DNA from: Anaerovoracaceae bacterium
GTDB lineage: Bacteria; Bacillota; Clostridia; Peptostreptococcales; Anaerovoracaceae
Reading direction: 5' to 3'
Length of the DNA stretch: 64,000 nt
Assembly (NCBI GenBank): GCA_041854955.1
Contig: JBHADF010000047.1
Span: 815 to 64,814 of the forward strand
The position numbers and the translations under genes were made by a program. The first letter of the stretch is position 1, and each line of letters opens with the position of its first letter. The notes beneath the pieces were generated by a model that saw only the letters and a list, made by a program, of their open reading frames with translations, searched no databases and had not been told where the DNA came from. Below, in pieces: positions 20,268 to 34,816 of the stretch.

Positions 20268-20732
20268 ATGGCATTTGAAATAGCAAAGGAACATTTGGTG
20301 AAAAAGGGATACGAGGATAAGATACAGACCTTTCAGGTGTCCAGCGCCACAGTGGAGCTGGCGGCAACAGCAGTCGGCACAGAGCCGGCAAAAATCGCAA
20401 AATCCTTGACCTTTAAAGTGGAGGACATGCCTGTAATGGTAGTATGTGCCGGTGATGCCAAGGTAGCCAACAGCAAGTTTAAGGCAGTTTTCAAGACAAA
20501 GGCAAAAATGCTGACAAGAGATGAAGTCAGTCAGCTCATAGGTCACGATGTGGGCGGAGTTTGCCCCTTCGGAGTAAAGGAGGGGGTAAAGGTCTATCTG
20601 GATGAGTCTCTGAAAAGATTTGATGTGGTCTATCCCGCTTGCGGCAGCGATAACAGTGCCGTTAGACTTACGCTTCCCCAGTTGGAAGAAGCCTCTGATT
20701 TTATAGAGTGGATTGATGTATGTAATGTTTAA
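20268..20732 (+). CDS. YbaK/EbsC-family aminoacyl-tRNA deacylase
   Basis: 154 aa. The central KSL.FK motif and GGVCPFG are typical of the YbaK/ProX editing domain. Confidence 0.75.
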   Translation: MAFEIAKEHLVKKGYEDKIQTFQVSSATVELAATAVGTEPAKIAKSLTFKVEDMPVMVVCAGDAKVANSKFKAVFKTKAKMLTRDEVSQLIGHDVGGVCPFGVKEGVKVYLDESLKRFDVVYPACGSDNSAVRLTLPQLEEASDFIEWIDVCNV

Positions 20733-20752
20733 GATGTCTTGCGGGTGTCTGC

Positions 20753-21031
20753 TGTTGACACTTTCTCAGCTTTTGCCGGATTGTGTCAATCTTTTCGGCT
20801 GCGGAAGGGCTGCGGCAGATGTTTTCCCGGAGGAAACAGGTGTGCTGTTGACACTTTTTTGGATTTCGCCGGATTGTGTCAACAATTTTAGGCGAATTTG
20901 TTGACAGTTTCTTCTAAATCAACAAAACCTGTCAACAATCACCACTTATTAGCAGTGGTGTTTACCATAATTCAGCTATTATGTAAACCATTTGTTGACA
21001 CTTTTCCCCGAAATCATAATTTCTGTCAACA
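20753..21031. repeat. Array of four TGTTGACA-N23-TGTCAACA inverted-repeat units
   Basis: Left arms are at 20753-60, 20846-53, 20899-906 and 20993-21000. Right arms are at 20784-89 (degenerate), 20877-84, 20930-37 and 21024-31. Every spacer is exactly 23 nt. Units 1 and 2 also share 18/23 spacer bases. Confidence 0.9.
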
Positions 21032-21144
21032 TATTGGAAATTATGGCGCTCTAAATTATGACTACCAACCTTATAGATTCAGCAGCATCAAAGCTATAAA
21101 TTATAAATAGCAAAGCAAATGGAGAAAGATGTAATTGAACGATT

Positions 21145-21206
21145 AAAAAAGGACTGTCTCTTTGAGGTGACATGAGGTGACCTCAAAAAGAGAATTCAGT
21201 CCTTTT
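21145..21206 (-). terminator. Rho-independent terminator of the MacAB-like operon
   Basis: Long nested hairpin (GGACTG...CTCTTTGAGGT/ACCTCAAAAAGAG...CAGTCC) followed on the minus strand by a T6 run. Confidence 0.7.
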
Positions 21207-21216
21207 ACTTTATCTG

Positions 21217-22485
21217 TTATTCGTACCTGAGTGCTTCGATAGGATCCAGGTTTGCCGCTTTGTTTGAAGGATAGTATCCAAAGAAGACACCTATAAACAT
21301 GGAGAAGCCTACTGCGATAATCACTGATGATATGGCCGGAAGGGTGGGAGACTTTAGGAAAATGCTCCCCAGATATCCCAGGCCTGAGCCTAATACTACA
21401 CCTATAGCGCCGCCGATTACACATATGATTATGCTCTCGATTATAAACTGGCTTCGTATATCCTTGCTTGTGGCTCCAAGAGCCTTTCTTATACCGATTT
21501 CTCTCGTACGCTCCGTTACGGAAACCAGCAGAATGTTCATAACACCTATACCGCCTACCAAGAGGGATATGGCAGCTATGGCACCTATGGCCAGCTTTAC
21601 GGAGCTCATGACATTGGTAACCTGAGAAATGGATGATTCAAGAGTTTCTGCCTTCACAAATGCCCTCTCGTTTTCTTTATAGTAATTATCATTGAAGAAT
21701 TTTGCGATTTCGTCAGCAGTACTCTTTAGCTCTTCTCTGTCATTTGTTATAACTATAAAGTTATATGTACCTTCATCCTCAGCTTTGCCTGTGGCATACT
21801 GTCGATTGCCCACGCTGAGAGGTATATATCCCGGGGTGGCTGCGTCTGCCGATTCACCACCGAAAATTCCGAAGCTCTTAAGTTCATGTTTGTATATGCC
21901 CACTATCATGTAGGTTCTTATGCCGCCTCCGGAATCCAGCTTTACCTCCAGCTCGTGGCCCAAGGCCTTTTCCGGTTTTCCATCGAAGGCCTTGTTTACC
22001 AGCTTATCGGAAATTACGATTATTTCCTTGTTCTGCATAATGTCATCCTCTGTTATGAACCTGCCGGAAATCATCTTGATGCTGTTGGCATCCTTATAGC
22101 CCTCCGATACGGAGTTGATTTTTATACCGTGGTTTTCTCTGCCGGATCTGATTTTTCCGCTGCCTCCCGCTCCGGAAAGGGCGATGGATTTAATCTTGTC
22201 GGCAAATTTGGCTTGCATTCTCTCTATCTGGAAGCTCTGCATAGCATCTTTGCTTACCAGCTCGCTTACTTCATGACCCTTTTGGGGTTCTATATAAACA
22301 CTTATGGAGTTGCTGCTGAAGGAGTCAAACCCTTGTGATACGGATTCAGACAGTGCTTTTCCTATGGTAGCTATGCTGATTACGGATGCTATTCCTATAA
22401 TTATGCCCAGCATGGTCAGGAAGCTTCTCATCTTATTCAGCTTTAATCCTACGACCGCAACCTTGATGCTTTCTATAATGCTCAT
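21217..22485 (-). CDS. ABC transporter permease, MacB/FtsX family
   Basis: 422 aa. N-terminal TM, a large extracytoplasmic domain, and a C-terminal FtsX 3-TM bundle ([14 protein letters not shown]). Confidence 0.85.
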   Translation of the reverse strand: MSIIESIKVAVVGLKLNKMRSFLTMLGIIIGIASVISIATIGKALSESVSQGFDSFSSNSISVYIEPQKGHEVSELVSKDAMQSFQIERMQAKFADKIKSIALSGAGGSGKIRSGRENHGIKINSVSEGYKDANSIKMISGRFITEDDIMQNKEIIVISDKLVNKAFDGKPEKALGHELEVKLDSGGGIRTYMIVGIYKHELKSFGIFGGESADAATPGYIPLSVGNRQYATGKAEDEGTYNFIVITNDREELKSTADEIAKFFNDNYYKENERAFVKAETLESSISQVTNVMSSVKLAIGAIAAISLLVGGIGVMNILLVSVTERTREIGIRKALGATSKDIRSQFIIESIIICVIGGAIGVVLGSGLGYLGSIFLKSPTLPAISSVIIAVGFSMFIGVFFGYYPSNKAANLDPIEALRYE

Positions 22486-23165
22486 TTAGTCACCTCGATT
22501 CTGCCGTCGGACATGGTGAGAATCCTGCTTGTCTCCAAGGCCAGCTCTTTGTTGTGGGTTATAAGTATTATGGTCTTTTTCTGCTCCGCATTCAGCTTAT
22601 GGAATAAATCCATTACTATACGGCCGGTTTTGGAGTCCAGAGCACCTGTAGGCTCATCGGCCAATATGATTTCCGGATCGTTTGCCATGGCGCGGGCTAT
22701 GGCCACACGCTGCTTTTGGCCTCCGGAAAGCTCGTTGGGATTATGCTTTGCCCTTTCCGCCATTTCCACGATTTCCAAAAGCTCCATGGCCCGTCTCGTT
22801 CTTTCATCGGCAGGAATCTTATTATACATCATAGGAAGCTCCACATTTTTCAGGGCGCTGAGCCTGGGTATAAGGTTGAAGTTCTGAAAAACAAAGCCTA
22901 TTTTTTTATTTCTTATGGCGGAAAGCTCATGGTCCTTCGCCTGTGATATATCCAGTTCCCCCAGTCGATAGGAGCCCTCTGTAGGTCTGTCGAGCAGTCC
23001 TATTATATTCATCAGGGTGGACTTTCCTGAGCCTGAGGCTCCTACTACGGAGACGAAATCTCCGTCATATACATCTATATCGATACCGTGAAGAATTTCA
23101 AGTTCATTAGGCTTGCCGATGTAGTATCTCTTCACGATCCCCTTCATCTCAATAGTTTTCTGCAT
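22482..23165 (-). CDS. ABC transporter ATP-binding protein (MacB/LolD-type)
   Basis: [34 protein letters not shown]. Confidence 0.9.
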   Translation of the reverse strand: MQKTIEMKGIVKRYYIGKPNELEILHGIDIDVYDGDFVSVVGASGSGKSTLMNIIGLLDRPTEGSYRLGELDISQAKDHELSAIRNKKIGFVFQNFNLIPRLSALKNVELPMMYNKIPADERTRRAMELLEIVEMAERAKHNPNELSGGQKQRVAIARAMANDPEIILADEPTGALDSKTGRIVMDLFHKLNAEQKKTIILITHNKELALETSRILTMSDGRIEVTK

Positions 23166-23166
23166 G

Positions 23167-24909
23167 CTACTCTCCTATGGGTGCGTTAACCATCATCACC
23201 TGCATACCGCCACTATATGCATCAGGTGAGTTCACTACCCTAAGCTTCTTGGTCAGTTCCTTGGATGTGATTACAGTCTCGAAATCATTTTCGGAAGAAA
23301 CCTCAACTTCTATTTCCCTTATAGTCTGCACCCCTGAATCTCCGTCAACTACAAGGACAAAAGACTTGCCCTTCTTTTCATATATGGCTGTAGATGGCAC
23401 AGTATATACGTTCTCTTTTTTCTCGATTATGTACTTGACCCTAACGCTCATGCCCGGCTTGATTTCCTTAATAGACTTATCTGCAAAGGCTATCTTAGTG
23501 CCGTAAAGGACCTCTGAGGATGTTGTGGCTCCGACAGTAGGTGCCAGCGGTGTAGGATTTACAGAGCTGAGTTTTCCTTTAAAGATTCTGCCGCTGCCCA
23601 AGGCATCGCTGGTGATTTCAACCTTCATACCGTTATGCAAATCGTTTAGATCGAACTCTTTAACGCTGGAATCTACGATTATTCTCTTTACCGTTTCAAT
23701 CTTAGCCACATAATTTTGAGGCGTTTGACCTTTTATCATGTTCATCTCTGTGATGGTTCCTGATATGGGTGCTTTTATTACCGTTTTAGCAAGATCTGCT
23801 TTCAGGTACTTTAAGTCAACGGAATGTATAAGGTTGTCAGCACCTTTCTTGGCACTGCTCAAGCTGTTCTTTAAGGATGCGATCTCATCATCGGCTGCTA
23901 TCTTTGCGATTTTCAGGTTCTTAACCGCAGCATCGTAGCTTCGCTTCATGGAATCAGCATTGTTTTTATATGTTGAAAGCACATCGGCTCTGCTTCTTTC
24001 AGCCAGCTTCTGCTGCTTTTCTGCTTCCTTTACATTCTTATTGGCGATATAGAGGGCAGAGTCCTGCTGGTCCACTTCCTGCTTTGCCATGGCGGCAGTT
24101 GTCTGCGCCTGCTGTACTTCTGCTTCCCACTTCTTTACCTCTGCATCTGCCGCAGCTATTTCAGCATCTGAAACAGCTTCCCCTTTATTTTTTCTTTCCA
24201 ACAGCTGATTGTAGGCGGCTGTTTTTACCGTCACCTGAAATCTGGCGTCAAGGAGGGCGTTGGTAGCCTTATCCAGCTTCTGCTTGGCTTGAGTGTAGGC
24301 CATGGATGCAGTGTCTTGAGAGCCTTTGAGCCCCTCTTTCGATGAGTTGGCCGCAAGAATCTGGTCATTATAGCCCTGCTCTATGGAATTCTTATAGTCT
24401 TCATAGGTTTTATTAGCAGCCTGCCAAGCATCGTACGCGCTGGTAACTGCATTTTCGGCAGCCACTACCTGAGCGTTGGTTCCGTCTTCCTTGTTTCTGA
24501 GAGCTCTGTTAAGCTGATCGGTAGCATTTTTTATCTGCACTTCCGCATTCTTGTCCGAAGTGGTTATGGATGCATTCTTCATGGCAATTTGCTGCTCTAT
24601 GGAAGAGGCATCCAAGACGGCAATAATCTGGCCTTCCTTAACTACATCGCCCACTTTAATATTTATGGTCTTAACAGGAAGCAATTTTTCCGCATAGACC
24701 AGGCTGTCCTTTTCACTCTTTACCTTTCCGGCCTCAGTTACCGAATTTACGAAATCCTTTTGTGTTATTTCCGTAGTTTCGGATAAGGCCAAGGTCTCAT
24801 AATCACTGCCGGGTTTCCTCAAAGCAAAAAATCCGACAATGCCGACAATCAAAACTAAAGCTATAGCTTTCTTCTTATGATTCTTTACAATCTCTAAATA
24901 CTTTTTCAT
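23167..24909 (-). CDS. Efflux periplasmic-adaptor (HlyD/MacA-family) protein with a long coiled coil
   Basis: 580 aa. N-terminal TM anchor, a biotinyl-lipoyl-like segment (GDVVKEGQIIAVLD), about 250 aa of Ala/Lys/Gln-rich coiled coil, then a beta-barrel C-terminus. Confidence 0.75.
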   Translation of the reverse strand: MKKYLEIVKNHKKKAIALVLIVGIVGFFALRKPGSDYETLALSETTEITQKDFVNSVTEAGKVKSEKDSLVYAEKLLPVKTINIKVGDVVKEGQIIAVLDASSIEQQIAMKNASITTSDKNAEVQIKNATDQLNRALRNKEDGTNAQVVAAENAVTSAYDAWQAANKTYEDYKNSIEQGYNDQILAANSSKEGLKGSQDTASMAYTQAKQKLDKATNALLDARFQVTVKTAAYNQLLERKNKGEAVSDAEIAAADAEVKKWEAEVQQAQTTAAMAKQEVDQQDSALYIANKNVKEAEKQQKLAERSRADVLSTYKNNADSMKRSYDAAVKNLKIAKIAADDEIASLKNSLSSAKKGADNLIHSVDLKYLKADLAKTVIKAPISGTITEMNMIKGQTPQNYVAKIETVKRIIVDSSVKEFDLNDLHNGMKVEITSDALGSGRIFKGKLSSVNPTPLAPTVGATTSSEVLYGTKIAFADKSIKEIKPGMSVRVKYIIEKKENVYTVPSTAIYEKKGKSFVLVVDGDSGVQTIREIEVEVSSENDFETVITSKELTKKLRVVNSPDAYSGGMQVMMVNAPIGE

Positions 24910-24988
24910 CTCAACTCCATGATAATTTAATATTGTCTTAAGTGCTTAATATAATGGTAATATATCACAGGAAAGATGACTTGTCAAT

Positions 24989-25615
24989 TTATAAAAATAA
25001 TTTTTTTTCCTCTGATCTATCCAAAACACCTATGGCGATAGTGAGAACCGCCAAACCTATAAACCAGCCTGTAACCACATCTGTAGGCCAATGGACTCCC
25101 ACATAAATTCGGGAAGGCCCGATAGCTACCGCCAGAAAAAAACATATCCCCTGCAAGGCTCGCCTCAGCCTCTTGTCTTCACAGTGCTTTTCCAGCAGAT
25201 ATATGAGAAGACCGTATACGATTACCGATGTTACGGAATGACCGCTGGGAAATGAATATCCTCCCTGCTCTACCAAATGAAACATTTTTTCCGGCCTTAG
25301 CCTTGCGAAAATATGCTTCATAGGCTTGTATATAACTACTCCCCCTAAAGCCACACCGGTAACGGGAATTCCATATTTCCCCCGATTAGGCATAAGCACC
25401 AACACTGCACAAAAGCCTATGATAAACCAAGTGTCCGCCAGGTGTGTTATGAAGATCATAAGGGCATTTAAGCCTTCACTTCTCCATGAAAATACGGCTT
25501 CCTGCACCTTTAGATCAAGGGGTGTGGGAGACAAGTCATAAACCCCTGCCACCATATAGACCATAAGTGCTGCCGCCGCGAGAAAAACCCCTCCTAAGGC
25601 AAAGTTTTTTTTCAA
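24989..25615 (-). CDS. PAP2-family phosphatase (undecaprenyl-diphosphatase-like)
   Basis: KxxxxxxRP...PSGH...SRIYVGVHWPTD motifs in a polytopic membrane protein. Confidence 0.8.
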   Translation of the reverse strand: MKKNFALGGVFLAAAALMVYMVAGVYDLSPTPLDLKVQEAVFSWRSEGLNALMIFITHLADTWFIIGFCAVLVLMPNRGKYGIPVTGVALGGVVIYKPMKHIFARLRPEKMFHLVEQGGYSFPSGHSVTSVIVYGLLIYLLEKHCEDKRLRRALQGICFFLAVAIGPSRIYVGVHWPTDVVTGWFIGLAVLTIAIGVLDRSEEKKLFL

Positions 25616-25749
25616 ATTATTACCCCCTTATAAATAATCTACGCTATTATAAACGATTTATATGGAAATTAAAAGGACTTTTGTGGTAAAATGATGTTGT
25701 ATTAGCCTTCGGGCGTATATTTTTTATCTGAATTCCGAAAGGAGCTTTT

Positions 25750-26481
25750 ATGAAATTACTCAACAATCTTGCCGGACTTAGAATAATATCCGGTGCCATT
25801 TTTTCAGTAAGGAAATATATAAATCCCATTTCCGAAGCCAAGTATAACGGCGATGTGGCAGGGGAAAAGGAACTTATAGTTACTGCCGCTAAGGCTTGGT
25901 CCAACAAGGTTTTAAAGGCTTTGGATATAGAAATTAACGTAATAAATCCGGAAAACTTCCCCCAGGACGGTCCTGTAGTCTATGTAGCCAATCATCAGTC
26001 CTATGCAGACATATTCACATTCCTCCATGCCGTTCCCCATCAGGTAGGCTTTATAGCAAAATCAGAGCTTAATAAAATCCCCGGATTTAATCAGTGGATA
26101 GAAAGAATCCGCAGCGTCTTTATAAAGCGTGACGATGTTCGCTCTTCTCTCAATACTATAAACGAAGGTGCAGAGCTGGTAAAGAAGGGCTTTTCTCTCG
26201 TAATTTTTCCGGAAGGGACGAGAAGCGGCCACCACGAAATGGCTCATTTCAAGCCAGGAGCCTTAAAGCTGGCCACCAAGGCACAGGCTGTCGTAATACC
26301 CGTAACCCTGGAAGGTGGTTATAGAACCTTTGAGGAAAAGGGCGAGATAGTAAAAGGTGCTCATATAGATATGGTTGTTCACGAGCCTATAGACACCTCC
26401 ATTCTTTCCAGACAGGAATTGGCAGAGCTTTCCAACCGTGTGGAAAATACTATCCGTGAAGGCTTAAAGATGTTTGAATAA
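25750..26481 (+). CDS. plsC: 1-acyl-sn-glycerol-3-phosphate acyltransferase
   Basis: NHQSYADI (HX4D) and FPEGTRS motifs. Confidence 0.85.
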   Translation: MKLLNNLAGLRIISGAIFSVRKYINPISEAKYNGDVAGEKELIVTAAKAWSNKVLKALDIEINVINPENFPQDGPVVYVANHQSYADIFTFLHAVPHQVGFIAKSELNKIPGFNQWIERIRSVFIKRDDVRSSLNTINEGAELVKKGFSLVIFPEGTRSGHHEMAHFKPGALKLATKAQAVVIPVTLEGGYRTFEEKGEIVKGAHIDMVVHEPIDTSILSRQELAELSNRVENTIREGLKMFE

Positions 26482-26510
26482 TAGCAGTTAAATATATAGT
26501 AAGAAACGTC

Positions 26511-26542
26511 AAAAGAGGACTCCCGAAGGAATCCTCTTTTTT
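26511..26542. terminator. Bidirectional terminator between plsC and nhaC
   Basis: AAAAGAGGACTCC-cgaa-GGAATCCTCTTTTTT. Confidence 0.7.
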
Positions 26543-26565
26543 ATTTCCATTGGTTTTTACAAAGC

Positions 26566-28014
26566 TTAGTCTCTCTTAAGTCTTACATCAGGTTCTGAAG
26601 GAAGCTTGAACAGAGGTACGAGTCTGTCTAATCCTGTGAATGTCAGGAATACCAGAGATACTACTGCGATCATAGCCATGAAGTTGAACTTGATAAGGTC
26701 GATAGGCTTGTACTGAAGAAGCGGATATACTCCTGCTGCGATACCTACATAGAATGCAAGGTATACGTGGTGAGGAATGAGCTGTGAACCGAATACTCCC
26801 ATAGCATCACTGAAGGTAGCATTTCTGAGTCTCAGCTTGTACATAGCTTCTTCGCTTGCTTCAACATTTTCGTCGGTGAGCTGCTTGATAACAGGTCCGA
26901 TTGTTACGATCTGAGCCATTTCGTCAGCTAAAGCGATATTTCCTAAGAGGGATAAGATAGCATTCCATCCTAACAGGTGTCTTACCTTTCTGGATAACAT
27001 GATAACCAGTTTTCCTAAAGGTGCGAAAGCTTCCATCTTCTGCATTACACCACCGAAGGCTGCAACCCACATCATCATTACTACTACCCAGCTACCTGCA
27101 TCGGAGAAACCTGCAACACACTCTTCAAGGAATTCCATAAGTGTGCCGGATGTTCCTGCGAACAGTCCTAAGATGTATGCGGATACAAGTCCGGAACCGA
27201 TACAGAAGAATGTGTTAAGTCCAAGGATAGCTAAGAGTACTACTAAGATCAGAGGAATTATCATGTAAAGAGCTACACCTTCCTGTACCTGATTGAGTAA
27301 ATCTATAGCGGCAGGTCTTTCCTGTTCCAGGAATGTAAATACATCTGCGGGAATCTGGGAAACGACTTCTGAACCGTTTACAGCATTTCCGGGAAGACCG
27401 AGGGAGGCTACGAAGAAAGCTATTCCTGCAAGTACGAGGCAGCTTACGGACCAAACACCCTGGTGTCTGATTCTGTCGATGATCTGAACGCCCTGAATAC
27501 CGGAAGATACGATGGTAGTATCGGAAATAAGGCCGATGTTGTCTCCGAAGCAAGCTCCGCCTGCGATAGCGCAAACTGTCAGATACATGTTTCCATCAAC
27601 TATATGGGAAAGCCATAAGAAAATGGGAGCACATGCTGCGAAGGTTCCCCAAGAGGTTCCTGTTGCAACGGACAGAATTGCTGTGGAGAATAAACCTACT
27701 ACAGCAACAGTCTTAGCTGTGATACCTAAGGTAAGTGCTAAGTTTACTACGGATGCTCCTACGCCGTGGCTCATGAATACGGAAGCCATAGCATAAGCGA
27801 TCATGAGGATAAATAATGCCACCAAGATATTCTTTGTGGAATCCATGGATGCGTCGATCGCTTCCTGGAACTTAACATTCTCTGTTATTTTGGCTATGAT
27901 GATCGCAAAAATCCATGCGATAGGAGCAGCCATGAGAGCGTCAAATCCAGCGATCATGAGTCCCATCAGTAAAAATACCGGACAGAACTTCAAAATGCCT
28001 TTGATAATTGTCAT
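26566..28014 (-). CDS. Na+/H+ antiporter, NhaC family
   Basis: 482 aa with about 12 TM segments. Overall similarity to NhaC-type carriers is recalled; no diagnostic motif was checked. Confidence 0.65.
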   Translation of the reverse strand: MTIIKGILKFCPVFLLMGLMIAGFDALMAAPIAWIFAIIIAKITENVKFQEAIDASMDSTKNILVALFILMIAYAMASVFMSHGVGASVVNLALTLGITAKTVAVVGLFSTAILSVATGTSWGTFAACAPIFLWLSHIVDGNMYLTVCAIAGGACFGDNIGLISDTTIVSSGIQGVQIIDRIRHQGVWSVSCLVLAGIAFFVASLGLPGNAVNGSEVVSQIPADVFTFLEQERPAAIDLLNQVQEGVALYMIIPLILVVLLAILGLNTFFCIGSGLVSAYILGLFAGTSGTLMEFLEECVAGFSDAGSWVVVMMMWVAAFGGVMQKMEAFAPLGKLVIMLSRKVRHLLGWNAILSLLGNIALADEMAQIVTIGPVIKQLTDENVEASEEAMYKLRLRNATFSDAMGVFGSQLIPHHVYLAFYVGIAAGVYPLLQYKPIDLIKFNFMAMIAVVSLVFLTFTGLDRLVPLFKLPSEPDVRLKRD

Positions 28015-28237
28015 TTCTTTTCTCCTTTGTGAAAATAATATAAATACAGGTAAACAAGAAGCAAGATTCGTGCCATCTTTGACAATTTCTTGATAATATC
28101 ATCACTGAATCGCCACAAACATTGCCAATGCAACACAAAAGGGTTACTCTATGCTTCCATTTTCCTCCCTTTAGGGCAGTTTTTGAACCTTATTCGGTTC
28201 TTTCGGTGTTTTTGTAGAACCGATATAGGTTCGATTT

Positions 28238-29236
<999 letters not shown>

Positions 29237-29245
29237 TCACTCTTA

Positions 29246-31753
29246 TTAAAAGGTCATCTGTTCCTGAGATGAACCGGAACCGGAGGCTTCATCGGAGCCT
29301 TCCTCCTCATTCTCGTCCATGTCCTCATCTCTGATTACCTTTGCCAAGGCGATAATATTGGCATCTTCAGCCACATTCATGATTTTAACACCCTGTGTAG
29401 CTCTTCCCAGCTTTGAAATCTGTGAAGCAGGTACGCGTATTATGATACCGTCGGAATTTATGAGAAGAACATCGTCCTCTTCATCCACAACCATGGCACC
29501 TACCAGCTCTCCGGTCTTACCGAACTTAGCCTTATCGTAGGTCAAAAGGCCTTTTCCGCCTCTTACCTGTATCTTGTAGTCCTTGGCTCTCGTTCTCTTT
29601 CCGTAGCCCTTTTGAGTTACTACGAGAAGCTCCTGCTCAGGTTCAACAAGCTCCATGGAAACTACTTCGTCTCCCGGCTCCAGCTTTATGGCACGGACGC
29701 CGGCAGCGATTCTGCCCATAGGACGAACATCATCCTCGCTGAAGCAGATGCATTTACCGTTCTTTGTAACGATGATTACATTGTTCTTTCCGTTGGTCTG
29801 CTGGATTCCGATAAGCTCGTCATCATCCTGCAAATTCATGGCTATGAGGCCCGTCTTCCTGTTGGTGTCGAAGTTGGAAAGGGAAGTCTTCTTGATAGTT
29901 CCCTGCTTTGTAACGGCTATGAGGTATTTGTCCTCGGCAAAATCCGATACAGGCAACACTGCACTGACTCTTTCCTTTGCTATGAGGCTGAGGAAGTTGA
30001 CTACAGGTATTCCCTTAGCCTGTCTTGAGCCTTCGGGTATCTCGTAGGCCTTTATCTTGTAGGCCTTTCCAAAGTTGGTAAAGAACATGAGATAATCATG
30101 GGTAGATGTCATAATCAGATTCTTCACGAAGTCATTTTCTCTGGTGGTAAGGCCGGTAATTCCCTTGCCGCCTCGTCTCTGAGACTTATAGGTATCTACG
30201 GGAACTCTCTTTATGTATCCCAAATGGGTGAGTGTTATGCAGACCGTTTCCTCGGCGATGAGATCCTCTTCGTCGATTTCCTCTTCGGAAGCCTGAATAG
30301 CAGTCTTTCTCTTATCTCCCCATTTTCCTTTAACTTCAAGGAGCTCGTCCTTAACTACACCCATGAGCTTGTGCTCGTCAGCCAAAAGGCTTTCGTAGTA
30401 AGCAATCTTTTCCATGAGCTCTGCATACTCGGTCTGAATCTTTTCTCTTTCCAAACCTTGTAAACGTCTCAGCTGCATTTCCAAGATGGCCTTGGCCTGA
30501 ATTTCCGTAAGGCCGAAGCGTTCTATGAGCTTTTCCTGAGCATCGTTATAGCTGGAACGAATTATCTTAATGATTTCGTCTATGTTATCTAAGGCTATGA
30601 GATATCCCTCTAAGATGTGGGCTCTTGCCTCCGCCTTTTTCTTGTCGTAGATGGTTCTCCTGGTCACCACTTCCTTCTGGTGCTTAAGATAAACATCCAA
30701 GATTTCTCTGATGTTGAGAATTTTAGGTCTTCCCTCTACTATGGCCAGCATTATCATGGAAATGTTGGTCTGAAGCTGAGTGTGCTTGTAGAGTCTGTTG
30801 AGTATAATCTGAGGATTTGCATCCTTCTTAAGCTCAATTACGATTCTGGTTCCTTCTCTGGATGTCTCGTCTCTTATATCGGAAATTCCGTCAAGCTTCT
30901 TGTCCTTCACCATTTCGGCGATTTTTTCCACCAATGAAGACTTGTTTACCTGATAGGGTATCTCGGAGACGATGATCTGCTGCTTGCCCCTGCTGCCTTC
31001 TTCGATTTGGCAAACGGAACGAACCACAACCTTTCCCTGGCCGGTTCTGTAGGCATCCTTTGCTCCGCCTCTTCCTAAGATTACTCCTCCCGTGGGAAAA
31101 TCCGGTGCCTTGATTATCTTTATAAGGTCGTCTATGGAGCAATCCGGATCATCTATAACCTTTACACAGGCATCTATGGTATCGCTTAAATTGTGGGGAG
31201 GTATGGAGGTGGCCATACCTACGGCTATACCGTTGGAGCCGTTTATGAGCAGGTTGGGAACTCTGGAGGGGAGAACCACAGGCTCTTCCTCTTCACCGTC
31301 ATAGTTAGGCACGAAATCTACCGTGTCCTTATCTATGTCCCTGAGCATTTCCAGGGCGAAGGGAGTCATCCTTGCCTCTGTATAACGGCTGGCGGCAGCT
31401 CCGTCTCCGTCTACGGAACCGAAGTTTCCGTGGCCGTCAACCAGGGTATATCTCATATTCCAGCTCTGAGCCATTCTAACCATGGCATCGTAAATGGAGC
31501 TGTCACCGTGAGGATGATATTTACCCATTACTTCACCGACGATACGGGCACTCTTTTTATGAGGCTTGTCGGGGGAAATTCCCAAAGCGTCCATTCCGTA
31601 AAGTATACGGCGGTGAACCGGCTTCAAGCCGTCACGAGCATCGGGGAGAGCACGGCTTACTATAACTGACATAGCATAGTCTATGTAGCTTTTCTTCATC
31701 TCCTCATGAATCTCATGCTGGAGCATCTTTGTATCTTCTAAAAATGTTGCCAT
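29246..31753 (-). CDS. gyrA: DNA gyrase subunit A
   Basis: 835 aa. SVIVSRALPDARDGLKPVHRR, the catalytic AASRYTE region, C-terminal beta-pinwheel repeats and an acidic tail. Confidence 0.97.
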   Translation of the reverse strand: MATFLEDTKMLQHEIHEEMKKSYIDYAMSVIVSRALPDARDGLKPVHRRILYGMDALGISPDKPHKKSARIVGEVMGKYHPHGDSSIYDAMVRMAQSWNMRYTLVDGHGNFGSVDGDGAAASRYTEARMTPFALEMLRDIDKDTVDFVPNYDGEEEEPVVLPSRVPNLLINGSNGIAVGMATSIPPHNLSDTIDACVKVIDDPDCSIDDLIKIIKAPDFPTGGVILGRGGAKDAYRTGQGKVVVRSVCQIEEGSRGKQQIIVSEIPYQVNKSSLVEKIAEMVKDKKLDGISDIRDETSREGTRIVIELKKDANPQIILNRLYKHTQLQTNISMIMLAIVEGRPKILNIREILDVYLKHQKEVVTRRTIYDKKKAEARAHILEGYLIALDNIDEIIKIIRSSYNDAQEKLIERFGLTEIQAKAILEMQLRRLQGLEREKIQTEYAELMEKIAYYESLLADEHKLMGVVKDELLEVKGKWGDKRKTAIQASEEEIDEEDLIAEETVCITLTHLGYIKRVPVDTYKSQRRGGKGITGLTTRENDFVKNLIMTSTHDYLMFFTNFGKAYKIKAYEIPEGSRQAKGIPVVNFLSLIAKERVSAVLPVSDFAEDKYLIAVTKQGTIKKTSLSNFDTNRKTGLIAMNLQDDDELIGIQQTNGKNNVIIVTKNGKCICFSEDDVRPMGRIAAGVRAIKLEPGDEVVSMELVEPEQELLVVTQKGYGKRTRAKDYKIQVRGGKGLLTYDKAKFGKTGELVGAMVVDEEDDVLLINSDGIIIRVPASQISKLGRATQGVKIMNVAEDANIIALAKVIRDEDMDENEEEGSDEASGSGSSQEQMTF

Positions 31754-31768
31754 ATTCCTTCCCCCTTT

Positions 31769-34812
<3,044 letters not shown>

Positions 34813-34816
34813 AAAT

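Noticed and set aside
20753-21031. The eight TTGACA cores as stacked -35 promoter elements, as a CRISPR array, or as integron attC sites.
   Set aside because: No acceptable -10 hexamer lies 16-18 nt downstream of any core on either strand. Unit spacing is 93/53/94 bp with inverted rather than direct repeats, and no cas genes are present. The arms do not fit the attC RYYYAAC/GTTRRRY cores, and no integrase is nearby.
20713-21110. Two small plus-strand ORFs (63 and 70 aa) covering the ybaK-macB intergenic region.
   Set aside because: They run straight through the TGTTGACA/TGTCAACA repeat array. Their Cys/Leu/Val-rich peptides mirror the repeats, there is no RBS, and the first overlaps the ybaK end. 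They were treated as artefacts of the repeat.
28149-28169. A strong SD (GGGAGG) followed by the 3-codon mini-ORF ATG-GAA-GCA-TAG on the minus strand between trpS and nhaC, as a possible leader peptide.
   Set aside because: It is too short to evaluate and has no obvious attenuator/antiterminator pair around it. It could be chance, so it is only mentioned under the trpS finding.
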